NCBI GenBank assembly: GCA_964016885.1
Contig: OZ024749.1
Location: 40,238,001-40,302,000, forward strand
Direction: 5' to 3'
DNA from: Eledone cirrhosa
Lineage: Eukaryota
Length of the DNA stretch: 64,000 nucleotides
This document shows, piece after piece, positions 45,525 through 58,241 of this stretch; within the stretch, counting starts at the first letter, position 1; each line of letters opens with the position of its first letter. A program made the position numbers and the translations under genes. The notes under the pieces were generated by a model. It had not been told where the DNA came from and did not search any database. It saw nothing but the letters and a program-made list of their open reading frames with translations.

Positions 45525-45632
45525 TAAAGGCAAAGTTAACGCCGGCGGGATTTGAACTCAGATCATAAAGGGCCGTAACTCTATGCTGCAAAGCATGGCG
45601 TCCGACCCTCTACCAATACTGCCAATCCACCC
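45525..45632 (-). mobile_element. SINE family 1, 5' half
   Basis: Head and B box only. Confidence 0.8.
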
Positions 45633-45653
45633 ACTATAATATTTCTATTCATT

Positions 45654-46857
45654 GTGGATTGGCAGTATCAGTAGAGGGTCGGACGCCATGCTTTCCAGCA
45701 TAGTTACGTCCCTTTACGATTTGAGTTCAAATCCCGCCGAGGTTGACTTTGCCTTTCATCCTTACGGGGTCGATAAAATAAAGCACCAGTAACGTACTGG
45801 GGTCGATTTAATCGACTTTCCCCTCCTCCAAATTACTGGTCTTGTGCCTATACTAGAAATCATTGGATTGGCAGAATCGGTAGAGAGTCGGACGCCATGC
45901 TTTGCAGCATAAAGTTACGGCCCTTTATGATCTGAGTTCAAATCTCGCCGACGTTAACTTTGCCTTTCATCCTTACAGGGTCGATAAAATAAAGTACCAG
46001 TAATACACTGGGTAATTGCTGGCCTTGTGCCTAAAGTAGAAACAATTATTTAAATAGTGGATTGGCAGTATCAGTAGAGGGTCGGACGCCATGCTTTCCA
46101 GCATAGTTACGTCCCTTTACGATTTGAGTTCAAATCCCGCCGAGGTTGACTTTGCCTTTCATCCTTACGGGGTCGATAAAATAAAGCACCAGTAACGTAC
46201 TGGGGTCGATTTAATCGACTTTCCCCTCCTCCAAATTACTGGTCTTGTGCCTATACTAGAAATCATTGGATTGGCAGAATCGGTAGAGAGTCGGACGCCA
46301 TGCTTTGCAGCATAAAGTTACGGCCCTTTATGATCTGAGTTCAAATCTCGCCGACGTTAACTTTGCCTTTCATCCTTACAGGGTCGATAAAATAAAGTAC
46401 CAGTAATACACTGGGTAATTGCTGGCCTTGTGCCTAAAGTAGAAACAATTATTTAAATAGTGGATTGGCAGTATCAGTAGAGGGTCGGACGCCATGCTTT
46501 CCAGCATAGTTACGTCCCTTTACGATTTGAGTTCAAATCCCGCCGAGGTTGACTTTGCCTTTCATCCTTACGGGGTCGATAAAATAAAGCACCAGTAACG
46601 TACTGGGGTCGATTTAATCGACTTTCCCCTCCTCCAAATTACTGGTCTTGTGCCTATACTAGAAATCATTGGATTGGCAGAATCGGTAGAGAGTCGGACG
46701 CCATGCTTTGCAGCATAAAGTTACGGCCCTTTATGATCTGAGTTCAAATCTCGCCGACGTTAACTTTGCCTTTCATCCTTACAGGGTCGATAAAATAAAG
46801 TACCAGTAATACACTGGGTAATTGCTGGCCTTGTGCCTAAAGTAGAAACAATTATTT
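45654..46857 (+). repeat. Three tandem copies of a 403-bp SINE heterodimer (6 SINEs)
   Basis: Units start at 45654, 46057 and 46460 and appear identical. Confidence 0.92.
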
Positions 46858-46909
46858 CTTTCAATGTCATCACAGATGTTTACAGTAATTAACAAATATT
46901 ACTAAATCA

Positions 46910-47310
46910 TATATATATACATATAAATTACATATATATATATATTATACTCACACATATATATATATATATACATATAAATTACATATATATATATATA
47001 TTATACTCACACATATATATATATATATATACATATAAATTACATATATATATATATATTATACTCACACATATATATATATATATACATATAAATTACA
47101 TATATATATATATATTATACTCACACATATATATATATATATACATATAAATTACATATATATATATATTATACTCACACATATATATATATATATACAT
47201 ATAAATTACATATATATATATATATTATACTCACACATATATATATATATACATATAAATTACATATATATATATATATTATACTCACACATATATATAT
47301 ATATATATAT
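46910..47310. repeat. ~55-bp TA-rich minisatellite
   Basis: CATATAAATTACAT..(TA)n..TTATACTCACACAT units. Confidence 0.9.
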
Positions 47311-47311
47311 A

Positions 47312-47466
47312 CAGGGTGCCCCCACAAAATATATACATACTTCAGCTGCATTCCAATCAAAGTGTGTATACACTTTTTGGGACACACACACATATATATA
47401 TATATATACAGGGTGTCCCAAAAAGTGTATACACACTTTGATATATATATATATACATACACACAG

Positions 47467-47500
<34 letters not shown>

Positions 47501-47503
47501 GTG

Positions 47504-47541
<38 letters not shown>

Positions 47542-47614
47542 GTCCCAAAAAGTGTATATACACTTTGATTGGAATGCAGCTGAAGTGTATATATATTTTG
47601 TGGGGGGCACCCTG
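47312..47614. mobile_element. Tiny (~80 bp) Tc1/mariner-type MITE; two inverted copies plus a fragment
   Basis: TA|CAGGGTG.CCC ends at 47312 and 47409, ...GGGCACCCTG|TA at 47614. 47312-47385 mirrors 47540-47614. Confidence 0.7.
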
Positions 47615-47648
<34 letters not shown>

Positions 47649-47661
47649 AGTATAATATATG

Positions 47662-47807
<146 letters not shown>

Positions 47808-48444
47808 TTATACTCACACACATATATATATATATATAATAAATATATATATATATCGTATAACCGTCCTCTAGGTTCAGTGACGAGGCGTTGGGAAATG
47901 AGGAGAGAGATGGGGAGGGGGGGGGGGGGGGTTATTCAAGCGAAACAATATGGTGGGAGGTGGAATGTAGGTAGGACATAAAATGAGGTAAACGTGTTGA
48001 TAGTGGCGTAATTGTTGAGAAGAATGACTGCTTTAACTACGAATATGTCACACTTACAACAATATCGTCATTACTCACTGTCAACACCACCACCACCACC
48101 ACACACACCCGCCACCCCACCTCACCACCACCACCACCACCACCACCACCTCACCACCACCACCACCACCACCACCACCACACCCTCCACCCCACCTCAC
48201 CACCACCACCACCACCACCACCACCACACCCTCCACCCCACCTCAACACCACCACGCAACCACCACCACCACCTCACCACCACCACCACCACCACCACGC
48301 AACCACCACACACACCACACCACCACCACGACACCACCACCGCCTCCACCATTACTATCACACCACAACCACCACCGCTGCCACCTTCTTATCAAGTAGT
48401 AGTAACACTCACTCACTCACACGCTCCTACATTCACAACCACTG

Positions 48445-49333
48445 CCACCAACACCACCGCCACCATCATCGCCACAACTACCACCACCACTACCACCACC
48501 ACTACCACCAACACCACCGCCACCATCATCGCCACAACTACCACTACCACCACCACTACCACCACCACTACCACCAACACCACCATCATCGCCACAACTA
48601 CCACCACCACTACCACCACCACTACCACCAACACCACCGCCACCATCATCGCCACAACTACCACCACCACTACCACCACCACTACCACCAACACCACCGC
48701 CACCATCATCGCCACAACTACCACTACCACCACCACTACCACCACCACTACCACCAACACCACCGCCACCATCATCGCCACAACTACCACTACCACCACC
48801 ACTACCACCACCACTACCACCAACACCACCGCCACCATCATCGCCACAACTACCACCACCACTACCACCACCACTACCACCAACACCACCGCCACCATCA
48901 TCGCCACAACTACCACCACCACTACCACCACCACTACCACCAACACCACCGCCACCATCATCGCCACAACTACCACCACCACTACCACCACCACTACCAC
49001 CAACACCACCGCCACCATCATCGCCACAACTACCACCACCACTACCACCACCACTACCACCAACACCACCGCCACCATCATCGCCACAACTACCACCACC
49101 ACTACCACCACCACTACCACCAACACCACCGCCACCATCATCGCCACAACTACCACCACCACTACCACCACCACTACCACCAACACCACCGCCACCATCA
49201 TCGCCACAACTACCACCACCACTACCACCACCACCACTACCACCAACACCACCGCCACCATCATCGCCACAACTACCACCACCACTACCACCACCACCAC
49301 TACCACCAACACCACCGCCACCATCATCGCCAC
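48445..49333. repeat. 60-bp CAC-rich minisatellite
   Basis: GCCACAACTACCACCACCACTACCACCACCACTACCACCAACACCACCGCCACCATCATC repeated about 14 times. Confidence 0.95.
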
Positions 49334-49612
49334 TAAAAACACCTACACCACTCTTACACCCGTTAATCTCCCCCACCACCACTACCACTCGCACTAACCC
49401 CACCACCCCTCACCACCCCCATCACCACCACCCCTCCCACCACTACTAAAGACACCTACACTCCTCTTCACAACCGTTAAACTCCCCCACCATCACCACC
49501 TACATCCAACCAACCAAGCCCAGTCTCACATCTGCACAAGATAAGTTGTGATATTTCTAAAAGCTTCTCCACCTTCCTGTGTAAAGCAGATTTATCTTCG
49601 GATATATATATA

Positions 49613-49660
<48 letters not shown>

Positions 49661-49760
49661 TGTGTGTGTGTGCGTGTGTGTGTGTATGTGTATACATATA
49701 CATCTATATATATTTATATATATATGTGTGTGTGGTTGTGTGTGTGTGTGTGTGTGCGTG

Positions 49761-49792
<32 letters not shown>

Positions 49793-49838
49793 CGTGCGTG
49801 CGTGTGTGTATGTGTATACATATACATCTATATATATT

Positions 49839-49872
<34 letters not shown>

Positions 49873-49873
49873 A

Positions 49874-49915
<42 letters not shown>

Positions 49916-50030
49916 GTGTATGTGTATACATATACATCTATATATATTTATATATATATGTGTGTGTGGTTGTGTGTGTGTGTGTGTGTGCGTGTGTGTA
50001 TGTGTATACATATACATATTTATATATATA

Positions 50031-50226
50031 AGTTTTAATATAGATGAGATTCTACAGGACTAGAACTGTTTCATTCATTAGAAATCATCAGGAATCTCCT
50101 GATGATTTCTAATGAATGAAACAGTTCTAGTCCTGTAGAATCTCATCTATATTAAAACTTTTATACTCTGCTATGTATTGAGTACCTTACTTACTGTGGT
50201 TACCTCCGATTCAACCCGGAATAACG
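50031..50226 (+). mobile_element. Family B fold-back element
   Basis: 50031-50092 is inverted at 50098-50159. Tail extends to 50226. Further copy at 60718-60858. Confidence 0.8.
50046..50098 (-). ncRNA. Type I hammerhead (family B), intact
   Basis: GAGATTC-CTGATGA-tTTC taat GAAt-GAAA-CAG ttctagtc CTG-TA-GAATCTC. 7-bp stem I; GUA site. Confidence 0.85.
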
Positions 50227-50234
50227 TATATATT

Positions 50235-50268
<34 letters not shown>

Positions 50269-50419
50269 AATGTGTGTATGTACATATACATCTATATATG
50301 TGTGTGGGAGGTGTACACCTACTATTTCGAGAGCGTTAAACTAATATATATCATTGTACACTCTCCTGTGTTGTTTTTTCCTCGTTGACTTTCTTTTCGC
50401 ATATATACATATATGTATG

Positions 50420-50490
<71 letters not shown>

Positions 50491-50544
50491 TGCCAAGACT
50501 GGAATTGAACCATCAGCACAGTTGAGGTATGTGAGACATCAATT

Positions 50545-50610
50545 TATTTTATCTGATGAGGACGTACTGAGGAAACAGCACAGTACCTCTGAAATATATA
50601 TAATAAAATA
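50545..50610 (+). ncRNA. Minimal type I hammerhead (family D)
   Basis: TATTTTAT-CTGATGA-GGAcGTACTG..CAGTACcTCT-GAAA-TATATA-TA-ATAAAATA. Confidence 0.82.
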
Positions 50611-50651
50611 TATTTAATTACATGAATTTCTATATTTATTAATATTTTGAA

Positions 50652-50713
<62 letters not shown>

Positions 50714-50882
50714 TTGTATATATATATATATACATAACAAAGAAGGTGTGGTAAGATATCAGGTGGATCATAACGCACCAGAGTACTCAATACTAAGGAT
50801 AGCTATCCAGATGGCTTCCAAAAATAATGGTCGCATTTTAAAAGGGTACGTCAAAGCTTATTTGTAAAACTGTTATATATTG

Positions 50883-50947
50883 TATTTTGTCTGATGAAGG
50901 CATACCATAATTTAATTTGGTATCCCTGAAATATGTATAATGAAATA
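50883..50947 (+). ncRNA. Minimal type I hammerhead (family E, element ~50805-51078)
   Basis: TATTTTGT-CTGATGA-AGGcATACCA..TGGTATcCCT-GAAA-TATGTA-TA-ATGAAATA. Stem I has two G-U pairs. Confidence 0.8.
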
Positions 50948-51075
50948 AATATGGTTTTATAAATATAGCTTCCATTTATTAATATCGTATATCTACTCCA
51001 AATACTTGTCGAGTGCTTTATATCAGTTATAAAAATATTTACTTGTTGTATCCCAACAATTTTAAATAGAACTTT

Positions 51076-51160
<85 letters not shown>

Positions 51161-51171
51161 ATATATATGGT

Positions 51172-51283
51172 GTAAAAGTAAAGTTAGAGTTAAAGTAAGA
51201 AGTAGCATTCTCATTGTGATCGGTATTTGCATCGATCACAATGAGAATGCTACTTCTTACTTTAACTCTAACTTTACTTTTAC
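51172..51283. repeat. Perfect ~52-bp-arm palindrome next to (TA)n
   Basis: GTAAAAGTAAAGTTAGAG...TGATCG / CGATCA...CTCTAACTTTACTTTTAC. Confidence 0.88.
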
Positions 51284-51690
51284 TGCACAGTTTCAACAAA
51301 TTCCCCTTCTACTCACCGCCTATCAATCTCACCACGACCACCACCATCGTATCCAAACACTTGCCCTCCATCCACACACACACACCACCACTACCATATA
51401 TACACTTGCCTTCGCCCTCATTGATCCCCACCACCATCATGTACACACACTTTCACTCACCCTCCTCGCCACCACCATATCCATGTACTCACAAAGTTGT
51501 TCGTTTTCTGAATAGATCTGTCCGAATACTTGATGCAACACAGAGTGGAACAGGATGAATAAATACCAGTTATTAGAGGCGGGAAAAGGTAGTAAATATA
51601 GGTAAAATAGTGCGAAGGGAGAGAGGAATGAGGGAGGGATGGAAGAAAAGATGGAATGAAGATATATATATATTTATATATATGTTCTCC

Positions 51691-51761
51691 TGTTTTATCT
51701 GATGAAAACACAAATATTATTGCATGATGATGTTTGTTTTTGAAATGCGCATAATAAAATA
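51691..51761 (+). ncRNA. Minimal type I hammerhead (family C, copy 51684-51887)
   Basis: Same fold as 44016-44086. Differences (TGTTTTAT; stem II ATATTAT..ATGATGT) retain pairing through G-U pairs. Confidence 0.82.
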
Positions 51762-51992
51762 CATGGAACTCCTTTAACCATCTTTTGATCTTATATATTA
51801 TGTATACTCCAGTCCTACAAACTGTAGAGTGCTTCTTATCCGATATCTGCATTGCTTTATTGTACTACAATAAAACTCACCTCCTACATATATTTATATA
51901 TATGTATATTTGTAGTGCACCTGAGCACTGTACACAATCATTTTAATTATATATATATATATAATTATATATATATAGCATATATATATAGC

Positions 51993-52023
<31 letters not shown>

Positions 52024-52238
52024 GATGTATGCAACAAGCAGTTACTCATGCAGCAAGTCTGTCCTCAATGTGACCAAGTGACAGAGAGAAAGGTGAAAGC
52101 CGATACAACTTGACACTAGTGACGTCGGGAAGAGCTGGAAGAAATACCGCAAGGCATTTTGTTTGATATCCTAACACACCAGTTTCCAGCCATGGCTGGT
52201 AATGGTGGTGGCGATTTTGGCAAGGTTGGCCGTGTGGA

Positions 52239-52416
52239 TGATGGTGGTGGTGGTGGGGATGATGGTAGTGGTGGTGGTGGGGATGATGGTAGTGCTGGTG
52301 GTGGGGATGATGGTAGTGGTGGTGGTGGGGATGATGGTAGTGGTGGTGGTGGGGATGATGGTAGTGGTGGTGGTGGGGATGATGGTAGTGGTGGTGGGGA
52401 TGATGGTAGTGGTGGG
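52239..52416. repeat. 24-bp minisatellite GGGGATGATGGTAGTGGTGGTGGT
   Basis: About 7 units. Confidence 0.9.
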
Positions 52417-52542
52417 GGTTGGTGGTGTTGGTGGGGTTAGTGTTGCACTCAGGTAAACAAAGTTGCATTGCTAACAAGTGCACTGAATGAGTGTCTTCTT
52501 TGATCTCCAAACAACGTAACTGATCACGATGTCGTTGCATAG

Positions 52543-52638
<96 letters not shown>

Positions 52639-52732
52639 ATATATATATATGTATATATATACACACACACATAAATATTTATATATATATATATACACAT
52701 ACATACACACAGATAAATATATATATATATAA

Positions 52733-52770
<38 letters not shown>

Positions 52771-52832
52771 TTAACAGTCGATCAACAAGATCCCAGACCT
52801 CATTCGCTTAACGGTTAGGGGTGGGGCTCATC

Positions 52833-52890
52833 AAATCAGACCGAGGAAACAATGTTTCCATAGGTCTTTCCAATTGCTAATACTATCTAT
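52833..52890 (-). mobile_element. SINE family 2 3' fragment
   Basis: GACCGAGGAAACAATGTTTCC...CGGTCGCAA. Confidence 0.65.
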
Positions 52891-52950
52891 CGGTCGCAAA
52901 TCCAGGCAGACAGAAATATATATATATATATATATATCTAAATATATATC

Positions 52951-52991
<41 letters not shown>

Positions 52992-53043
52992 CGAAGTCGA
53001 AACGGCTTGAGCTCAGCCGTCGGGGTCTTACTTGTTCTGTTCC

Positions 53044-53106
<63 letters not shown>

Positions 53107-53109
53107 TAT

Positions 53110-53548
53110 ATAAACGGAAAAAATGAAACGAAATTTCATTTATATATATACATACTACTGTACGTCTGTATACATATATGTATGTACGTATAAAGTAACA
53201 GCCGTACTAAGAGTGATAAATGAAATTTCGTTTCATTTTTTCCGTTTATCATTTTCGGTACCCCGGCCGATTAACTCACTCGATATGCAAATTAGGCTGC
53301 TCAGCCGTTAATATGCATAAGGAAAGTATATACTTTCAGACGTTCAATCATCTGGCAGGAAGGTATACGTTGCTGACGATAGCTAATAAGCTTGAAACTA
53401 GTACAGCGTTCCTTTGTCAGTGTTGAACAAATGAGCAACGACGGTTGCTAGACACTACGGCTTAATACGGGATGTTTGTTTACAAACACACCGAGCATTA
53501 TAATAAATGTTCGGTGAATCCATACGTACATATATATATGTGTGCATG

Positions 53549-53594
<46 letters not shown>

Positions 53595-53640
53595 CTACTG
53601 TACGTCTGTATACATATATGTATGTACGTATACATACTTA
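53110..53640 (+). mobile_element. Family J retrozyme-like tandem unit (~440 bp) with a short 5' inversion
   Basis: The block at 53151 recurs at 53591. The copy at 54746-55005 spans the end-to-start junction. Confidence 0.7.
53367..53409 (+). ncRNA. Minimal type I hammerhead (family J)
   Basis: ACGTTG-CTGACGA-tAGCT aata AGCTt-GAAA-CTAG-TA-CAGCGT. Palindromic stem III; GUA site. Confidence 0.88.
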
Positions 53641-53663
53641 TATTTAAATATATATATATATAT

Positions 53664-53812
53664 CAGAATTACTCACCAGAGTACTCGATACTTGGTGTAA
53701 TGGACTGGGTCCTGAACTTTTCATATATATATATATGGGGGGGGGAGTCAGGACCCTGACGGCTGAGCTCCCCTTTTTACAGCTCAGCCGTCGGGATCCT
53801 GACTCTTTCCCT
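53664..53812. mobile_element. Family A fragments (tail plus stem III fold-back)
   Basis: GAGTCAGGA.CC.GACGGCTGAGCT...AGCTCAGCCGTCGGGATCCTGACTC. Confidence 0.65.
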
Positions 53813-54054
53813 ATATATGTGTATATATATGTGTGTGTGCGTATATATGTATGTATATATATATATGTGTGAGTGTGTGTGTGTGTGTGCGTATATATGT
53901 ATGTATATATATATGTGTGTGAGTGTGTGTGTGCGTATATATGTATGTATATATATATATATGTGTGAGTGTGTGTGTGTGTGTGTGCGTATGTATGTAT
54001 ATATATATATGTGTGTGTGTGCGTATATATGTATGTATATATATATATGTGTGT

Positions 54055-54090
<36 letters not shown>

Positions 54091-54458
54091 TGTTTGAAGC
54101 ATTGTGGAATATGAAAATGATAAATGGGTATATTTGGGAAGCTGTACAAATGCAAGTGGGTTAGAATATTTCAAGATAGTTATCTGTTATATCTGTTAGC
54201 TATTATATTTAGCATGTCAAATGACCATGTTGAGGTTTCCTCATTGTCTCACGATAAGGAATATCCAAAAACAACTTTTCAAGAGCAGAAAATATAAAAA
54301 CAACAACAAAAAAAAAACAAGAAAACAGTGAACAGGGTTATGTGTTGTTCCTCTTTAAAGTCTTGACTTCATTTTAAAGACAGCAGGGAGGTTTTGATAA
54401 GAGATGTTAGACGTGGAATGTTGTCTGTTAAACGTATTATAATCTCTCTCTCACTGCC

Positions 54459-54534
<76 letters not shown>

Positions 54535-54543
54535 TCTCTCTCC

Positions 54544-54581
<38 letters not shown>

Positions 54582-54640
54582 AACACATTATATTTATATC
54601 ATACACGTACACACACAAACACATATATATATATATAATT

Positions 54641-54698
54641 TTAGCAATGACTTCTACGGGACTAGAACTGTTTCGTTCGTAGTAAATCATCAGGAAAC

Positions 54699-54700
<2 letters not shown>
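54641..54700 (-). ncRNA. Degenerate hammerhead, family B relative
   Basis: GTTTC-CTGATGA-TTTACTACGAAC-GAAA-CAGTTCTAGTCCCG-TA-GAAGT. Confidence 0.6.
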
Positions 54701-54746
<46 letters not shown>

Positions 54747-55025
54747 AAAGGGCAACGATGGCTGCTAAACACTGTACGGCTTAATTCGGGCTGTTTGTTT
54801 GCAAACAAACCGAACATTATAATAAATGTTCGGTAAACCGATACGTACATATATATATATGTGTGCATGTATGTATATATATATATATATACATACTACT
54901 GTACGTCTGTATACATATATGTATGTACGTATACATACATACTTACGTTTAAGTAACTGCCGTACTAAGAGTGAGAAATGAAATTTCGTTTCATTTTTTT
55001 CCATTTATATATATATATATATATA

Positions 55026-55375
55026 TCTTTCACCGTATTTTTGACTAAAGGAATTTTAGCCTGATAATGGGGTTTAGAACCCTCAGATAAATGGAAAAAG
55101 ATGAGTATTGACGTACATGGGAGTCGAACCCACATCTTTGGTTATCGCGACCAATGTGCTACCATTACACTGTGTTGGTGTAATGGTAGCACAGTGGTCG
55201 CGATAACCAAAGATGTGGGTTCGACTCCCATGTACGTCAATACTCATCTTTTTCCATTTATCTGAGGGTTCTAAACCCCATTATCAGGCTAAAATTCCTT
55301 TAGTCAAAAATACGGTGAAAGCTATTCTATTTTCTAATTTCAAACCTGCTCACTGTTTCAAAACATACTTACTTG
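55026..55375 (+). mobile_element. TA-embedded fold-back element with a tRNA-like head
   Basis: ~145-bp arms centred near 55174. A box TGGTGTAATGG, B box GGTTCGACTCC (55218-55228). Related fragment at 61925-62022 (minus). Confidence 0.7.
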
Positions 55376-55437
55376 ATATATATATATATATATTCGTAAG
55401 AAATCATCAGGAAACTGTATATATATATATATATATA

Positions 55438-55606
55438 GGAAAAAGTATGACCCCGACGGCAGAACTCAAGCCGTTTCGACGGCTATAGCCGTCGAAACGG
55501 CTTGAGCTCTGCCGTCGGAGTCATACTTTTTCCTATTACCCATTCTACTACCGTAAGTATTGAGTACGTTATGGTCCATCTGGTTCCTTACCACATTTCC
55601 TTCGTT
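55438..55606 (+). mobile_element. Family A fold-back element
   Basis: Centre CGGCTA|TAGCCG. Flanked by inverted family B fragments at 55392-55418 and 55630-55655. Confidence 0.78.
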
Positions 55607-55717
55607 ATATATATATATATAAATATATGCAGTTTCCTGATGATTTCTTACGAATATATATATATATATATATACCTTTATGTACACAAACATGCGCATG
55701 GTTATGTGAGAATGTCA

Positions 55718-55785
<68 letters not shown>

Positions 55786-55892
55786 CGTAAAACGGCAACT
55801 GTTTTAAACAGGTTTATCTCTATTTTATTTAACCACTTTTCTACTATATTCAGATATGCGAACTCAAAAGCAGTATACACACATATCTATAA

Positions 55893-55975
<83 letters not shown>

Positions 55976-55995
55976 TACACATATCTATAAGTGTA

Positions 55996-56057
<62 letters not shown>

Positions 56058-56175
56058 TGTGTGTTTATTTCTATATTTATCTGTCTATAACCTTGCTAAA
56101 GAAACACAACACACACACGCACACATACACTCACAAAGGCCCACACACACACACACATATACACACGCAAACGCC

Positions 56176-56206
<31 letters not shown>

Positions 56207-56504
56207 GCACAGATACACCGAATCACACAAGAAAGTTGATACGGTAGGCTGTATTGTGTTCCCATCCAAAATAGATTATCGATCTTTTACCTCGTTTAAG
56301 TTTCAGAATTCGATCCGGAGCTAGATCGACAGTGTAAGGTTTCAAATCAAGGCCAATAACAAGTGCATAATTTTCTCACAGTCAGCAAATGGTGAGGTCA
56401 ACTGAGTGCTTTTTTTTTTTTTTTTCCTGTTGGTTTCAGTGCCGAACGGCGCATGCCCGATATCTTCCGTATCATTGCTACAGCATGACTTGACATATGT
56501 AATA

Positions 56505-56697
56505 CAGTGAAATTCCGTTATAACGAAATTCACGGATTATAAGAAAAAATTCGTTGTAACGAAAAATTCTTTATAACGAGATCGACCCGAAACAAATTGA
56601 GTGGTTTTTTTTTGTTAATACCTCAGGGATTGAAAAAAAAAATCGTTATACTGAAAAATTCGTTATAATGGTATTCGTTATATAGGAATTTTACCTG
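56505..56697. mobile_element. pogo/Tigger-type MITE
   Basis: TA|CAGTGAAATTCC...GGAATTTTACCTG|TA with subterminal CGTTATAACGA repeats. Confidence 0.72.
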
Positions 56698-56859
56698 TAT
56701 AGTCTAAAGTCTGTCTCCAGCCTTGAGACTCATCGGTTCGGTGCTTATTCCATATTCTTTGGCAAAAAGTGACTGGGAGAACAAGATTCCCTCCCCCCCC
56801 CCACACACACACACACAAACACACATACACGCACACCTGGACAGAGCCTAGTCTATCGC

Positions 56860-57000
56860 AGGGTTAAACCCCCAGTTACTACTGGTATTCATTTTCAGCT
56901 AGGTGTACTGAAACAACGTGAAACGAACAAAACACCGAACTCCTCCAAGTAATCGAACCCATGACAGTATGATCGTTAGTCCAACACCCTAACCACTAGG
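56860..57000 (-). mobile_element. Old tRNA-derived SINE
   Basis: Minus strand CTAGTGGTTAGGG...GGGTTCGATTAC. Confidence 0.55.
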
Positions 57001-57202
57001 AAATATAGTGAACTGAATAATGACTGAACTTTACGTCCTAGGCCTTGCATATTATTTCTAGGTACGAATCCCAGGGTCATCCATGACCGAAGACGGTATT
57101 TATCCTTACCTATATTATATGTGATAATAATATTTTAGCTCTGTACATAACATAGAACGGAGCGCTTTTTTCCCTATATATATGTGTGTGTGTATGTGTG
57201 TG

Positions 57203-57286
<84 letters not shown>

Positions 57287-57903
57287 TGTGTGCGTGCGTG
57301 CGTGCGTGTGTGTAAGTAAAGATTTTTTCTTAACTTGTTTGCTTTTTCCATATTTGATATTATTAAGCTCTGAATCTGTTAATTTTATTAACTTTTTCAT
57401 AGAACCAAACTCAGTATAAGTTTGGAGACTCTCAGGAAAGTTCGGATAAGGAGAGAACAGGTAGGTACATGAAAGTACAGTGTGAAGTGAGAGTTAGGAA
57501 AAGAGTGTTAGAAAGAAATAGATAAGTTTGCCGTCCTCCGGGGAAACGCCTTCTCCATTCTGTCCGTCGGGGCTGTGGGGAGAAAAGAATATGTTAATTG
57601 AATTCGGTTACTTGTCATATTTCAATAGGCGTATAACCGGGTGGCACCGCTTCCCTGTAATAGATAGATAGATACATTTGTAAAAAAATTTCTATTTCAG
57701 TATAGCAGTTGATTTCAATGAGATGTAATATGAAATCAGGCTAACAAAGTATCTTTCTACAGAATCTGTAAAAGTTAGGAGTGGTAAGTGAGAGCATTTA
57801 GGAGTGGGGTCCGAAGTGGGAGGTTCAGGTGTGCCATGGGTGTGGTTGTGTGTGTGCCGAAGGGATGAAATTGGTAGGTGTGCATTATTGCTTCAGTGTG
57901 ATG

Positions 57904-58093
57904 TGTGGATTGGCAGTATCGGTAGAGCGTCGGACGCCATACTTTGCAGCAAAGAGTTACGGCCCTTTATGGTCTAATTTTAAAATTCCGCCAAGGTTAA
58001 CTTTACCTTTCGTCCTTATGAGGTCGATAAAATAAAGTACCAGTAATACACTGAGATAATTGCTGGCCTTGTGCCAAAAGTAGAAACAATTAT
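57904..58093 (+). mobile_element. SINE family 1
   Basis: Consensus match. Confidence 0.82.
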
Positions 58094-58189
58094 TGCTTCA
58101 GTGTGTGTGTGTGTGTGTTTGTGTATGTGCGTGTATGTGCATGTGTGTGTGTGTGTGTGTGTGTGTGGTTGTGTGTGTGTGTGTGTGTT

Positions 58190-58241
<52 letters not shown>

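Noticed and set aside
48012-49406. 461-aa Thr-rich mucin-like ORF
   Set aside because: It is a 60-bp minisatellite open on both strands, with no signal peptide, splice context or domain.
55172-55239. Functional tRNA gene
   Set aside because: The acceptor stem 5' strand is lost at the inversion and the anticodon loop lacks U33; treated as a tRNA-derived element.
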